64,000 nucleotides of DNA from an uncultured Verrucomicrobiae bacterium (GTDB lineage Bacteria > Verrucomicrobiota > Verrucomicrobiia > Chthoniobacterales > JAFAMB01), in contig CAWAIK010000004.1 of NCBI GenBank assembly GCA_963782115.1, positions 1 through 64,000 of the forward strand, in the 5' to 3' direction. A model generated the notes under the pieces. That model was not told the origin of the DNA. It ran no database searches and was given only the letters and a program-made list of their open reading frames with translations. Shown in pieces: positions 1 to 12,240 of the stretch; within the stretch, counting starts at the first letter, position 1, and every line of letters starts with the position of its first letter. The translations under genes and the position numbers were made by a program.

Positions 1-129
1 CTATGACGGTTTCGAAGGATCCCAGCTTGCGCGTGCTGGAGCATACGCGCCGACCGGCTTGAAAGCCAGAGCGAGCGACGCGAGTGTCGTCCTCTCCATG
101 GGTTCACACCCTCCCGCAATTAAATCGCA

Positions 130-780
130 GATCAACCCTCCTTTTTGCAGTTAATAAGCTCCAAAACTGCCCTGACGAATGCGTCGGGTTCAATTGGTTT
201 TGCCAGATGTGCTTGGAAACCGGCCAGTCGGTCGCAGCGCGATCTTCGTCACGGGCTGCAGCCGTAAAAGCAATTACCGGCGAAAGCCCGAGTTTTGGCT
301 CAAGCCGGCGAACGTTCTCCAGGACTTCATAGCCGTTCATTTCAGGCATCGTTAAATCGCAAATTAGAACGTCAGGATGAAGATCTTTGATGGCTTCTAA
401 CGCTGCTTGCCCCGAACTCACCACGGCGGTTTGGGCTTTGCTGCGTTTCAGAATGACTTTGAGGAGTTCTCGCGCGTCTGCATTGTCGTCTACAGCGACT
501 ACTTTGATGCCTTCATGCCTAGTGTCAGGCATCTGTTCTTCTTTCTTAAAGGCAAGCTTTATCGGACGTTGGTCGCTCGGATCGGACTTGGAGTCTATAG
601 TTCGCAACTTGACCTTGATCATGGCCTCGCGGCCTGGACCCGCACTCTCAGCGATAATTGAACCACCGTGCAACTGGACGAGATGTTTGCAGATAACCAA
701 GCCGAGGCCCAGTCCGCCCTTTTCTCTCGAGCTTGTTCCGTCTTGGGAAAACCGCTTGAAAATATGGGGAAAACCCACGT
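130..780 (-). pseudogene. C-terminal remnant of a hybrid sensor histidine kinase (end of HATPase plus receiver domain), frameshifted
   Basis: GGLGLGLVICKHLVQLHGGSI (G2 box), VVAVDDNADARELL and DVLICDLTMPEMNGY. The tail AGFQAHLAKPIEP lies in another frame and the N-terminal kinase part is missing. Confidence 0.8.
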
Positions 781-833
781 CATAACCGCGAAACATACGT
801 GCTCCGCTCGCCATATCGCTCTGGCTTACCCCG

Positions 834-1163
834 GTTTTACCAGCTCTCATTAGCTTCTTCATGCTCTTCAGTGCCTACGTTTCCGGAACACGCGCGGTCG
901 AGTTCGCGCATCTGGGTTTTCCGAATTACTTTCGCATCGAGCTTACCATGGCTAAAGTCATAGGCGCGCTGCTTCTGCTGATTCCCCAGGTTCCCGCGAG
1001 AATCAAGGAATGGATCTATGCGTGTTTTAGTGTCGTCCTTATCTCGGCTGCCATTGCGAAATTCAACAGCGGCTATCCGATGATGGAAGTTGTAGAGCCC
1101 ATGATTGTTTTCACCATCATGGTTGGCTCGCTCCTTACACTGAATAAGCTGAACAAGGCCTGA
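834..1163 (+). CDS. DoxX-family membrane protein, probably 5'-truncated
   Basis: FMLFSAY...FAHLGFPNYFRIELTMAKVIG...IKEWIYA pattern; four hydrophobic segments. Confidence 0.7.
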   Translation, partial: VLPALISFFMLFSAYVSGTRAVEFAHLGFPNYFRIELTMAKVIGALLLLIPQVPARIKEWIYACFSVVLISAAIAKFNSGYPMMEVVEPMIVFTIMVGSLLTLNKLNKA

Positions 1164-1760
1164 GACATCAATTCGGCACCGCACTTGATTATGAACCTGT
1201 TTGTTCTCGGCGCCATCGGAAAACACCTGTTGGACATCTGTCGAGTCAAGCGCGACCAGCACATCCCGGCGCCAGATAACGAGATCAATCCGCGGGTTGC
1301 ACGAGCGGACGCTGAACGGCACGCCCGGGAAAAGCCTGGAAGGGCTGACTTCCTCCTCGATCGTCAGCGCAGAATCCCCGAACCGGCCAGGATTTCCGCT
1401 GTTATGGAGCGGAATGATGGCCGCGCGGATTGTTGGGCTGAATTCCGAGGCCGCGGATGAACAGCCCGAGGTGAGAGCAGAGGTTCTCCCTTTGCACTCC
1501 GAGCTCTGCAGCCAGATAGTCGCCGATCATAACCGCTTCCAGGAGAGCCTGGTTCGGGGTGCCGTCATCAAGGAGCTTGTAATCGTTGCTCTCGCGGAAC
1601 ACGGGCTCCGTGTTGGAGAGGAGGACGGCGCGCCAAACAACTCGCCTTGTCTTCGCGCCATTCGGGAGCGACCCAAAAATTCGTTTTTCGCATTCTAAGA
1701 TCAAGTATGAGCCGGATTGCCGTATTCAGTAAAATTCTCCGTTGGAGGCAGCCCCCAAAA

Positions 1761-2030
1761 TTAATCAAAACGTAAGCCTCTCAGAGGGACAGCTTTTCCT
1801 ACCGCTACCTTTACAGGTCGTTCAACAAGCGCCCATCCGCTATGCTCGGTTTCATCTTCGGAATTCAGGACCTTGCCCAATTTATCGACATCGAAATCGG
1901 ATATTTGATGGGTGCCTTCCCAGCGCAAGTTAACTCTCGCCGTGCCTTCGTCCGGGTTTTCGTGAATGCTTATAACCGCTGCTTCAACTCCAGTTTTCAC
2001 GCTTATTCCTTTCTTTTGTGTGCATGACAC
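1761..2030 (-). CDS. small hypothetical protein, start uncertain
   Basis: Protein-like C-terminal half of ORF 1761..2159 (VEAAVISIHENPDEGTARVNLRWEG...). Confidence 0.3.
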   Translation of the reverse strand: MSCTQKKGISVKTGVEAAVISIHENPDEGTARVNLRWEGTHQISDFDVDKLGKVLNSEDETEHSGWALVERPVKVAVGKAVPLRGLRFD

Positions 2031-2523
2031 TTGACGACTCTTATCTAAACTCGTTATCCCGCCTGCGCAACGCGCGCCTCCGTTCGGAATCGCGCGCCTA
2101 CCGGAGCGAAGTAACAGCATGAAAAAGCGCGTTTTATTTCTCTGCAAAGGGAATTGCACGGATCGAATGTGCAGACACGACCCTGCTCAGCGAGACTGGC
2201 GTGCTGGACGGCACGACGCTCCGAACATCATAACAGAGACCGGCTTCATTTTTCGATTTCGATTTGGTGCCTGACCAATCCTCTTAAATACTCAGTGCTC
2301 GGTCCAAATCCGGATTATTTTGGACAGTAATGATCTCCACGCCATTTCTTGCACCCTATCGGTACGCCGTCTTAACGTGCTAAAACTTCCGTTTCGTGAG
2401 GTGAGCCCGATATCGGCTTAGCTTTCAATGCCTTAGCTCCTCCGACAGGGCGGTTGGCGGCCCGCTATGTGTCGGCCGCCAACAAAATTTACCTCATTTC
2501 CGTTATGTGAACGAGAGCAATTT

Positions 2524-3968
2524 CTAAGCGAGGGCCGTCTTGACCGACGTGAGAGGCGCGGCGATATCTTCAAGGCCTTTGCCCTCGGCGTTGACGCCGA
2601 AGAACCAAGCCACGAGACCCCCGAAAATCATCACCCCGGATCCTAGGACATAGCCCCAGAAGAGCGGAACGCGGTCGGTGCCGTTGCCCACGAAGTTAGC
2701 GAAAATCAACGGCCCCATCGAGCCGACGACTTGGGAGATGGCGAAGAAGTAGGAAATTGCCTGTCCCCGAACTTCGAGCGGGAAGATTTCACTGACAGTC
2801 AGATAAGCTGAAGACGCACCTGCAGAGGCAAAGAAAAACGAGACGCACCAGAAGAGCGTGTGCGTCGTCGCTGTCAACGCGCCTTCTTTGAATAGATAGG
2901 CCGATATCAGCAATACAAGTCCGGCTAGAAAATAAGTGCCGAAGATCATTTTGCGTCGACCGAAAGTATCAAATAACGGACCGAGCACTAATGGTCCAAG
3001 CAGGTTCCCGATTGCAAAGGGAAAGAAATAGAGAGCCGACTCGGACGCGTTGAGATGATAGAAATTCTGCAATACCAGCGCGTAGGTGAAGAAGATCGCA
3101 TTATAGAGGAAGGACTGCGTGACCATCATCGAAATGCCGAGGAAGGTCCGGGACGGATATTGTCTCAAGAAGACATCGATCACCGTCGCGAAGGGTATCG
3201 ATTCCTCCGGTTTGACGAGCATGGCTCGGCTTTCATCGACCCGTTCCAGTGTGATGCCTTGTGCACGCACATTGGCTTCAATAGCGTCGACAATGCGATT
3301 TGCTTCGTCTCCGAGGCCGTGGGTGACCATCCACCGCGGGCTTTCCGGAATGTGTCGGCGTATGAAGATGATCACCAACCCGAGCACCGGCCCGACGAAG
3401 AACGCAAGGCGCCAACCGATGTTTTCAGGGATTAACGCGTGATTGAGCAGGAAGAAGCTGGAGACGGCGCCCAGCATTGCTCCGGCCCAATACGTGCCAT
3501 TCACGGCGATATCGACCCGACCACGATATTTGGCGGGAATGAGTTCGTCGATGGCCGAGTTGATCGCAGTATATTCACCGCCAATCCCCATACCTGCCAC
3601 AAAACGCCAGATATAAAGGAACCACGGCGCCCAAGCCAGACCTGCAATTCCAGAGCCGACCAGGTAGATGCCAAGGGTAATGATAAAGAGTTTCTTTCGG
3701 CCCCATCGGTCAGTGAGACGGCCAAAAAAAGCGCGCCACAAACCTGGCCAATCAGGTAGATGGTCGCGGTGAAACCAATGTCCTCGCTCGACATGCCCAA
3801 GGAGTCTTTAAATCCGGACGCTGAGACTAACTGAATCTCAAGACCGTCCAGGATCCAACTGACGCCGAGACCCAGAACGACCATCCAATGGAAGTGAGCC
3901 CACGGTAGTCGATCCATCCGGACCGGCACAAGGGTGCGGACAGGTTGATTTGAATGTGTTGTAGCCAT
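2524..3968 (-). pseudogene. MFS transporter split by one frameshift in a 7-nt homopolymer (~3724-3730)
   Basis: ORF 3501..3968 (RMDRLPW...WILDGLEI) joins ORF 2524..3741 at GALF/FGRLTDRWGRKKL, which is MFS motif A; about 12 TM segments in total. The break could be a sequencing indel. Confidence 0.85.
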
Positions 3969-4039
3969 TTTTCTCGAATATTTTTAATTGTTTTTGAATT
4001 GAGATATCACTTCCTGGCGCGGTTAGTGCCGTCGGGGAT

Positions 4040-4413
4040 GCGAATTGCAGTTCAGGCTTTTCGGCGAAGCACTTGAACGTCCAGACCCCCTGCTCCTGAA
4101 TCGCCCGTGTGACTTTCGGTATGAGCTGCTTCCCAGATAAGGATCTTCGGCGGTCATATACTCGAAGTTGCGCCCTCATACGGTGTCCGGTAGATCTGCG
4201 GGTTGAGCGGCGTTTGCAGATTAGAGAGTGGAATCGGTTTGACGTCAAAGAAGGGGTGCCGCCGATATAGCTGATTTTTTCATCAAGGGTCCTTTGAGAG
4301 AGGATGCTATTGACCCTCTGCTCCACGTTGTTTGAGCCCTCTTGACCGTACACGTTTAGTGTACAAGCCAATATCCAGATTGGAGAAATACGGTATAGGT
4401 CGACTGACTTCAT
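4040..4413 (-). pseudogene. GH3 beta-glucosidase N-terminal remnant with internal deletions
   Basis: Signal-like start, then VEQRVNSILSQRTLDEKISYIGG and a later piece RAIQEQGVW...CFA. Confidence 0.55.
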
Positions 4414-5048
4414 AATATTATCCGTTTCTCGATTATGACGATTGCAATCGGAACCCCTGGGACGACTCCACGTAACACCGATGCTGGCCGGCGCCCGAGC
4501 CATATGAAGACTTCCCTTCAGCGAGAACAAAGGAAAGACTCGATTGTGAGTAAGGAGAGCGGGTCGGGCACTAGCCAGAGCGATGATTCAATGGGGAAGA
4601 ACCTCCTAGTTGCGACTACCAGTTATTTAGCAAAACAAATGCGCGCCAGTGCCGTCAATATAAATCTACAGCGTCGATTATTTTGGACGAACTCTGAAAT
4701 GTCGCAAAGATCAATTTGCCATCTTGATCGGGGATTTAATGACAGCGCCGAGAGAGACTGACGAAACTTGGAGGGGGCGGAAGCAGAAGGACCGGTCTTA
4801 ATACCTGGCTAGCTTTAGCCTGGAAGGCAATCCTGCCTGGCTGCGCTTCGATATCCTTCGCCTGATATAATAATTTGTACGGTACAAACACGACTAAGCT
4901 GTCCATGCAGAATTGGACCCAAAGGCCTCATTCGGAGGAGTTCAAGCACCTGGGTAAGCCATTTCCGATCCTACGATTAAAAAGTGTGACCCACCGGACC
5001 AAAAGCACAACTCACGCAGTCAGCGTTTACTTCTTTCGATTCGTCGCA

Positions 5049-5927
5049 TTAGTTCTGGGTGATTGGAGCGCCGGCAAAAGATTCGTCGGACCGTATAGCA
5101 AATTCGTCAGCGAGATATTGCTCCGCTTCGGTCAGCTCGAACTGATCAATCAGGTAATATTTCCGTACGCTGTCTTGTTGGAGTTCGCCGATTAAAAGCG
5201 GGTCTAAGACCCGAGGGCTTGGATCCGGGAGGAGCACGCTTTTCCAGCGGTGCTGCTGGTCTACGATGAGGTAGAGCTTGTCGAAGTACTCTTTGGCTGC
5301 ACGCGCCTTTTCCCGGGTTTCTTTCGGCAGAATACCGTTGAATTCTGCGGTGACGATCAGTTTCTTCCACAAACAAACATGGTTAAGCACGAGGAGACCC
5401 AGCAAGTATGTGAAAAATGCGCCAAGCACCCATCCTCCCACCAGAACAAACGGTACCGCCTCCCTTACCATGGTGATCGAGTGGGAGAGGAGCAAACTCA
5501 ACACCGGGAATGTTCCCAGGACTATGGAGAGTCTCGCTAGCACCCCTTCGGATTTCATTCTCCGATCGTTGATCTTCTTGACGAATGCCTGGGTCGATTG
5601 AAAAGGAAGGTAAGCGGAAAGGCCACCGGCCTGATCGGCTGCGGGCAGCGAATCGATCGTGATTTCGAAAGCCAATTGATGGCTTCCTTCCAGATCGAAA
5701 ACAGCGAAGACCGGTAGTTCTGCACCAGTGGCTTCTTCTCGATAAGTCTGTTCAAGACCGTGCGGATCGAACTCTTGAAGATGGAGAAGCGGCTTTGGGG
5801 CTGTCGCAAGGAGCGTTTTACCTTCCTCGCACTCTTCCTCTAGGGGAAAGAGATGATCGGTTCTTTTGCCAGTGAAACTGCCGGGCCGGCAATAATTCTG
5901 CCGGAGCAGGTTGAGATTCTCGCTCAT
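5049..5927 (-). CDS. hypothetical membrane protein (two TM segments)
   Basis: Open frame of about 290-308 codons with a central hydrophobic hairpin; no family recognised. Start 5927 or 5975. Confidence 0.65.
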   Translation of the reverse strand: MSENLNLLRQNYCRPGSFTGKRTDHLFPLEEECEEGKTLLATAPKPLLHLQEFDPHGLEQTYREEATGAELPVFAVFDLEGSHQLAFEITIDSLPAADQAGGLSAYLPFQSTQAFVKKINDRRMKSEGVLARLSIVLGTFPVLSLLLSHSITMVREAVPFVLVGGWVLGAFFTYLLGLLVLNHVCLWKKLIVTAEFNGILPKETREKARAAKEYFDKLYLIVDQQHRWKSVLLPDPSPRVLDPLLIGELQQDSVRKYYLIDQFELTEAEQYLADEFAIRSDESFAGAPITQN

Positions 5928-6309
5928 GGGGTCTCCTGCAAAAATTGTTTTGTCGTTCTTTTCAGATCCTTGCAAGGCTTCTAAAAAGGGAGAGATTTTC
6001 TCCGATTATGGAGCGTCGCTGATATCCGAGTAAAACGCAATCGATCAGTGGTCACTTTGGCGCCCAACCGTCGTGAGAGCTGCCCACTCTTGGATGTTTG
6101 CAACGGCCTTGTCGCCCGCGTCTGTTCGCAGCCTTCTCCGACGTACCAACTATATGCTCATTGGGCCAACTCCATTGCAACGAGGCACCCATCTTCGCTA
6201 AAGTGCTTGCTTGACCTGAGAGAATCACTCATCCTCTTCGATGACCTTTTGACACATTTGAAAAGCGGGCAATCCACGACGCCTATTCACAGCTTATAGC
6301 AGGGCGCCG

Positions 6310-6425
6310 ATTGTAATAGATTTCTCCATTCGGTCCCTTCGCTTCAAATAATCCATCGGTAAGGAGAAGCAATGTGTGCTGCGGCGAGAGCTCGCACTGG
6401 CTGTTGGCATAAACCGCGTCATAGA
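6310..6425 (-). pseudogene. fragment of a SpoIIE/PP2C-type phosphatase
   Basis: LSPQHTLLLLTDGLFEAKGPNGEIY resembles the PP2C YTDGxxEA motif. Confidence 0.5.
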
Positions 6426-6644
6426 AAAGCGGCCAGGCTATCGATATCAGTTGCTGGTGATTCGTCATCGGTGATGAATTGAAGAAGCGCATGATTGCGA
6501 AAGAGAGTACTATTGTTGAGACCGGCACAATTAAACTAAGGAGGGACTCCACATGACCATCACGCAAATCGAAGTGCGTCCTGGATTTGACGCGACGACG
6601 TTGCAAGCCCTCATCGCAGTCTTGGAAAGGGTATAAGGCGAGCC

Positions 6645-7010
6645 GTTCCAGGATCGCCAGACGGAGGCTTTCTCTTGAGCGATGCCAATCAACACGACTC
6701 GCTCCTTGCCTTCCCGAGCGGCCATCTCCAGAAACGGACGCGCCGTTTTCTCCTTGTCCTGTCCTTTCTCGAAGCGCACCACCGGAATGTGGTGGGCCTT
6801 GGCATAAGCATAGATGGCTTCTACATAGCCATCCCCAATCTTACCGAAGGCGGCCGAGGAAGGGACTGGGAATCTTCGCTGCCAACGAAGAAAAGTACAG
6901 ACTTAGCCCACCGTCTGTAGTTTCGGCACATAAGCCTGCAAGAAGATGCGGTCGATCGAAGGACACTGGAGTGTTACTCGGTCTCCCAGCAGAGTAAAAT
7001 AGTCGGGCAT
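6645..7010 (-). pseudogene. N-terminal remnant of a putative mobile-element protein, frameshifted
   Basis: MPDYFTLLGDRVTL..SIDRIFLQAYVPKLQ, then in a shifted frame PVPSSAAFGKIG...IPVVRFEKGQDKE...GIAQEKASVWRSW. Confidence 0.45.
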
Positions 7011-7674
7011 GATCCACCTCCTTGCATTGGACTCAGAATCAGAGGCTACACCCGAATTATGAGGTCGCTCGCTACGACTAGGGGAGTGCGATGTCGCTTA
7101 CAATGGGTCTCGAAAACGAGTGCCCATTCACTTCGAATCCACACTGTTTGAGTCCTTCAGCTCATTTCCTGGATACACAGGGGACAAATGCATACCTAGC
7201 CCTCCCCTCGACAAATCGGTCCGGAGATCCGAAATCCCAGTCGATCGATCTTGAGACCGCCTCACTATTGAAGAGATTGAGAGGGTGCACATCGGAGAGA
7301 AGCGAGCAGTCTGAGTGTAGCCTCATACAATGCAGTTTGCGTGCGCGCCAGGTTTTAGCCGGAGCGTCCCACTTTCGGGATCTCCAGTGCGACAGTAAGC
7401 GGGGGCCAATGGGGCGCTATCCGAAATGTTCTTCGCGGAAGGGCCACAACCTGGACGTAATAAACCAGGCTCGCCGGACTATCAATGACGGCATCCAGTT
7501 TCCCGGCGAGCTTCGAATTCACTAAAAAACATGCTGTTACAGAAGAGGAAATGACTGACCAGCGGCTTAAGGACGTATATGCATTAGCTGTAGATGATGA
7601 TGCCGACACTAGAGTTCTAGCCGCGATGTACTCGTCAGATTTTTCTTCTTTGCGGACGAACAATTTTTATTTAT

Positions 7675-7917
7675 ATGAACGCGAATCAAAAGCCGAAAGA
7701 AGATCTAGGTGAACTTGGGTCTGAGAAACAACCTTGGACCGAAGCCTGGGAGCTGGCTTGGGAAGGCTACCAAGCTCAAGAAAAGCTAGGCGGAGACGAA
7801 AAACTCACTTCGCTCCGCAACCGCGCGAAGCAGGAAAATGATGCTAGATATCTAGGACCGATATATCTCAAGGTTTTTGAATATCTCCCCAAAGCCGACC
7901 GCCCCAAGGCGCCTTAG
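7675..7917 (+). CDS. hypothetical protein (80 aa)
   Basis: ATG start after an AT-rich tract; protein-like composition only. Confidence 0.4.
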   Translation: MNANQKPKEDLGELGSEKQPWTEAWELAWEGYQAQEKLGGDEKLTSLRNRAKQENDARYLGPIYLKVFEYLPKADRPKAP

Positions 7918-8143
7918 GTTAAATCTCCAAGCAATTTGCGATTCAGTCTGTTCGAAACTCAGGCGCTGACCGGATAACCGACATCAGCAGGATGGCAAGA
8001 GCCGGGCACTTTCTTATTTCTCCTCATTGGCTGGGAACTGGATGGAGGGGGACAGCCGAACAATCCTCATAAAAGTGGTCACGGCACGATAAAGGCAGAG
8101 GCCCTTCTATTCGCGTGGCCTCATTCGCCAGGATTCGTGAGAA

Positions 8144-8596
8144 TCACTTCTTAAATTGCGGTTTCTCACCTGCCGGGACCGTTCGATTGATCCCAAAATA
8201 TCGAAGGCTGCGAGAAAGCACATCGCCGCGTGCCCATCGCAACTGGCGGAACACACTCGAACGTCTTACCGGTCCCGAAGCATTCACGTCTCGGTCTAGA
8301 GTCTCATATTCCATAGACCACTCAGACATTGAGTTGTCGCCAATTGAACTCTTTGGGAAGAACAATCCTGGCTTTATCTCTTTGTAGGCGCAAGCAGCCG
8401 CACCCAAGATTGTCGACTTGCCACCACCGTTAGGGCCAATGAGCGCCGTGACAGGGAATTCAAAAGTAACCTGCCCGCCGAAAAAACCTCGCACACGATG
8501 AAGCCGAGCCACCTTTAGATATTTGTGATAGTTGTTCTTTCGAACTTTTTCCAAGAGACCTTGAATAGTCGACTGTCTAATTTGTGGGTGACTCAT
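8144..8596 (-). pseudogene. N-terminal fragment (150 aa) of an ABC/OLD-like AAA ATPase
   Basis: RVRGF...FEFPVTALIGPNGGGKSTIL contains Walker A. The frame stops before any signature or Walker B motif. True start is ATG 8596 (MSHPQ). Confidence 0.75.
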
Positions 8597-8699
8597 ACGC
8601 GAACGTAATTCGAACGTAGGTTCCTTCTTAGGCGACGTGACCGTCACGTTTATTGGGACGCACATGGCGACGTCGAACGATTTCAATGTGGTCGAAGTT

Positions 8700-8737
8700 G
8701 ACGTCGTTTGACGAAAGGGGAAATAAAGTACGTTAAG
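8700..8737 (+). repeat. Tn3 left terminal IR with a degenerate tip (GACG instead of GGGG)
   Basis: GACGTCGTTTGACGAAAGGGGAAATAAAGTACGTTAAG. Confidence 0.9.
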
Positions 8738-9035
8738 CCCAAGGCAAAGTCTGGGTCGAGAGGATGACCGATTGACCGATTCCGGGGCAGGCACTGCAAT
8801 TACCGACAAATCCCCGGAGACCCGGTTTTTATTTTGTCTGCCACTGAACGGATCAAGATGCTGCTGAAATGCTCGGTGTGGTCGTCGGGAGCGGCGCCGC
8901 CGGCCACTCCTGCTTTTACCGCCAAAAGGAAACCCGGAATGGCCGCACAGACGCGGTTGTGGAGTTAACCAGTAAAGTATCCGCTGCAGGGTACTCCTGC
9001 GGATCTTCCAAGTATCGCCCCTACTAAAAATGCAT

Positions 9036-10971
9036 CAGGGCCAATGCCTGGCGGTGGGTATGTCGTTTAGTGAGAGGAAGAAGAATCTTTTTGCGGGACA
9101 TTTGTTTAGCAATTTTTTATCCTCGCGGGCGTGAGTAAAACTCTGCGACTGCCTAACTGCGACCAACAAGCCTTATTAGACCAAGTCCAAGTGCGGCTTG
9201 TGGAGCGCGCCGAACTGGAGCGTTTCAAACAATTGCTCGATGAGCATCACTATCTGGGAAGCCTCAAAGCGGTGGGCGAACGCCTCCACTACGTGGCCAC
9301 CGATGCCCAAGGTCAATGGCTGGCCTTGCTGGTCTTCAGCGCTCCAGCCAAGCACCTCAAGCATCGCGACCAATGGATCGGATGGAGCGCTGCTCAACGC
9401 CACCGTCGCCTGAGCCTGGTGACTAACAACAGCCGCTTCCTTATCCTGCCCGAGCGCTCCGTGCCCAACCTGGCGAGCAAGGTGCTGCGCCTGACCCTGG
9501 ATCGCCTTCCCACCGATTGGCAGAGCTCTTACGGCCATCCGGTGTTGGTGGTCGAAACCTTCGTCGATGTTGCCCAGTTTTGCGGTACAGTTTATTCGGC
9601 CAGCGGCTGGAGCGAACTGGGCCAGACCGACGGCTGGGGCCGTCATCGGCGCGATTACTACGTTAAACACGACCAGCCCAAACGCCTCTTCTGCCGCCAA
9701 CTGTTCAAAAACGCCCGCCGCAGTCTTCAGGCCGAACATCTCAAGCCAGCGTTGGCGGTGGTCGAACAAAAGGTGTCGCCACCCTGCACGCGTACGGTGA
9801 AGGAAATCCGCTCGATGGTCGAACACTTCAAGGCCGTGCCAGACTTTCGCGGGCGCTTCGAGTCCTATCCGCTGTGGTCGATGTTAACGATCCTTCTTTT
9901 AGCCACTCTCTGCGGTGCTCCGCGCGGGCAAAAGGATATCGCCAAGTTTGCGCGGGGCTTGAGCCAAGCGCAACGCCGGGCTCTTGGCATCCGGCGTAAC
10001 CCAAAAGGCAAGTATCCTGCTCCGACACAGCCGACCTTTTGCCGTCTGCTCCAGCGGGTCGATGCCCGTAGGGTGGAGGAAGTCATTTTAGCCATCCAGG
10101 AGCAAATGCGCGGCTCGGCGCCCAAAGATCAATTGATCGTACTGGATGGCAAGGAACCCAGGCACGGCAGCGGCGCCTCGATTTTGAGCGCGGTCACCGT
10201 ACCGAGCCAGCATTACTTGGGCAGTGCACTGGTCGACCAAAAGACCAACGAGATTCCCGTGGCGCGAGAGTTATTTAATCGCCTGGAGCTCGAAGGCCGG
10301 TTGGTCTCGTTGGACGCCTTACACACCCAGGACGAAACCGCGCGCGCGCTGGTCTTGGAACACGGGGCCGATTATCTGCTAACAGTCAAAGGGAATCAAC
10401 CCACCGTGCGCGAACAGATCGAAACCCTCGTTGCCGCCCCTCAGGGCGATTTTCCCCCCTCATGAGCCGACGCCCACCAAGGCTCGCGTGCAGGAAATCA
10501 ACAAAAGCCGCAAAGAAAGCCGCAGTATTGTCACCGCGCCAGTCACCGGTGAACAGGTCTGCTTCCCATTGGCCGAGCAGGCTGCTCTGCTGTTGCGCCA
10601 GACCGAAGGACGCAAAGACGAACTGGTGGCGCTGATCACCAGTGTCGAGGCCTCACGACTCCATGCGACAAACTGGATGCGTCTGAACCGGGATGCCTGG
10701 GGCATCGAGAGCGGTTTGCATCAGCGCTTGGATATCTCCCACAACGACGACCGCTGCCGGGTGCGCAACGACAACGCTATGTTGGTTCTCGGAATGATCC
10801 TGCGCTTGAGCAATAGCCTCTTCATGCAATGGAGTGGGTACAAGCGACGCCCAGACCATGTCACCACCACCGATTTCCAATCCGCCTTGTCCGAAGACCA
10901 CCACCGTCCGGCACTCTGCCTAGCCTTGAGCAAATATCCCAACCTCAAACGACTCTCATGAATTGGCGCTG
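9036..10971 (+). mobile_element. ISAs1-family insertion sequence
   Basis: IRs CAGGGCCAATGCCTG and reverse complement CAGCGCCAATTCATG; 9-bp duplication AAAATGCAT at 9027-9035 and 10972-10980. Confidence 0.9.
9131..10961 (+). CDS. ISAs1 transposase with an N-terminal DUF4338-like domain, split into two frames at T4C6 (10450-10459)
   Basis: N-terminal HHYLG...NNSRFLILP...NLAS...ETFVD; DDE parts LDGKE, TNEIP, SLDALHTQ and LTVKGNQP; ORF2 carries WGIESGLHQRLD. Confidence 0.85.
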
Positions 10972-11602
10972 AAAATGCATGAATAGTAGCCTTCGAAACT
11001 TGTATTACCACCTTCGGTGCCTTTAAAAATGTCACTCCATTTTCCGAATGAACGTATCTCATTGCCGACTGCAGTTACCCGATCGACCGTGGTGAAATAA
11101 TTGCCGACCTGCCAACCCTTGAACCAACGTCCATACGCTTTTTCTATGCCCTGCCGACCGTGACCTGGGGACACTTTTGACTCAGGGATTTGCCCAACCC
11201 GGTCTTGCGTGTAGAGAGACGCGACGGCGGCCGCATCGTGTCTGTTGATTGCCTCGTCATACTTCGCAGCCAATACACGAATTTGCTGTACTATTTTTGG
11301 ATCGACCGTGTCTTTTTGTTGGCGAAGGTCGGCAAAGCAAAGCTGATTGCCAGCCGAGGACAAGCAGTAAGCGGGTTTTCATTGTTTTCTCCCACCGGGG
11401 CGGACATGGAGAGAATTCGGTATTGAGGTCGAACCTTGTGACCGCCGCGGAACGTCGCCCTGGAATTGCGTCTCAAATGCGTAGTCGCCCCATCGTTTCC
11501 CTTCGACAGAGTGAGCCCTTTGTAATACGTTCACGTGAACAATCAAGAGGCGATCTTTTACACCGACGTCATGAAAATGTATGATAGCCCCTTGCGAATC
11601 GC

Positions 11603-11806
11603 ATGAAGACTGAAAGATTTTTCGATGACGAAATGCTGCGTTGGAGTGAGCATGAAAGGAGCCAGGCTCAGTTGTTGCGTCTGGGTCGCGCTGGCGCGAG
11701 GGACAGAGACCAAGTCCCTACCGAGGAACAGAAGGCGTTCAGCCGGCAACTCGACGAGATGATCGAGAACGCCAGACGTCCGGCACTCCAGCTTCCAGAC
11801 AGGTAG
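11603..11806 (+). CDS. hypothetical protein (67 aa)
   Basis: ATG-initiated short ORF within the Tn3 cargo; no motif recognised. Confidence 0.3.
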   Translation: MKTERFFDDEMLRWSEHERSQAQLLRLGRAGARDRDQVPTEEQKAFSRQLDEMIENARRPALQLPDR

Positions 11807-12240
11807 GCGGGTCTCATCTCCGCCGCGACGAGGAGCTTGTCGGGGAACGCCTTTGGTCAAAGGTCCTGAGCGACATCCCGAATGGACGCCTCGCCGATTG
11901 CGGTGTCAATGAGAAACGATTCTGCATTGACTTCGAGTTCGTTTTGGTTCCTTGGCCATGGAAGCCCGGCGACTGCGGCAGAGAATGTGAAAATCAAACC
12001 GTGCGGATTACCTTACTGGACATTTTTTGGTCTGCAAACAGGTTCTATAACGCTCCAAATGCGCTCAAAGCGACGCAAAGTCCGTGGTCAAGAGCGTCGC
12101 GCCATTTTCCGGCGTGGGTAGGATCGTTGATGAACGGTTACCTGAGAGGGTGAGTTCATCCGACCCGCTCGGGAACAGCGATCGTTTGTCGGCTTGAACT
12201 CCTTAACGGAGGTTTGCGAACCCCTGTGGCCAGACCCCGA

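Larger units (their letters stand above)
8960..11382 (-). pseudogene. secreted SnoaL/NTF2-like (DUF4440) protein, interrupted by ISAs1 and frameshifted at the 5' end
   Basis: LAISFALPTFA, then QQKDTVDP...YDEAINRHDAAAVASLYTQD...GYYSCIF. Removing the IS continues the frame as SRGDTWKIR. The 3' end is approximate. Confidence 0.7.

Noticed and set aside
1185..1704. Possible restriction-nuclease-like remnant on the minus strand (IEEEV...RIDLVIW)
   Set aside because: It is frameshifted and short, and the similarity is too weak to support a call.
8597..8809. N-terminal extension of ORF 8144..8809
   Set aside because: It reads through the Tn3 IR and is an artefact of the insertion; the real start is 8596.
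9131..9800. DUF4338-like domain as a Druantia defence system
   Set aside because: It is fused to an ISAs1 transposase inside IS ends, and no other Druantia genes are present.
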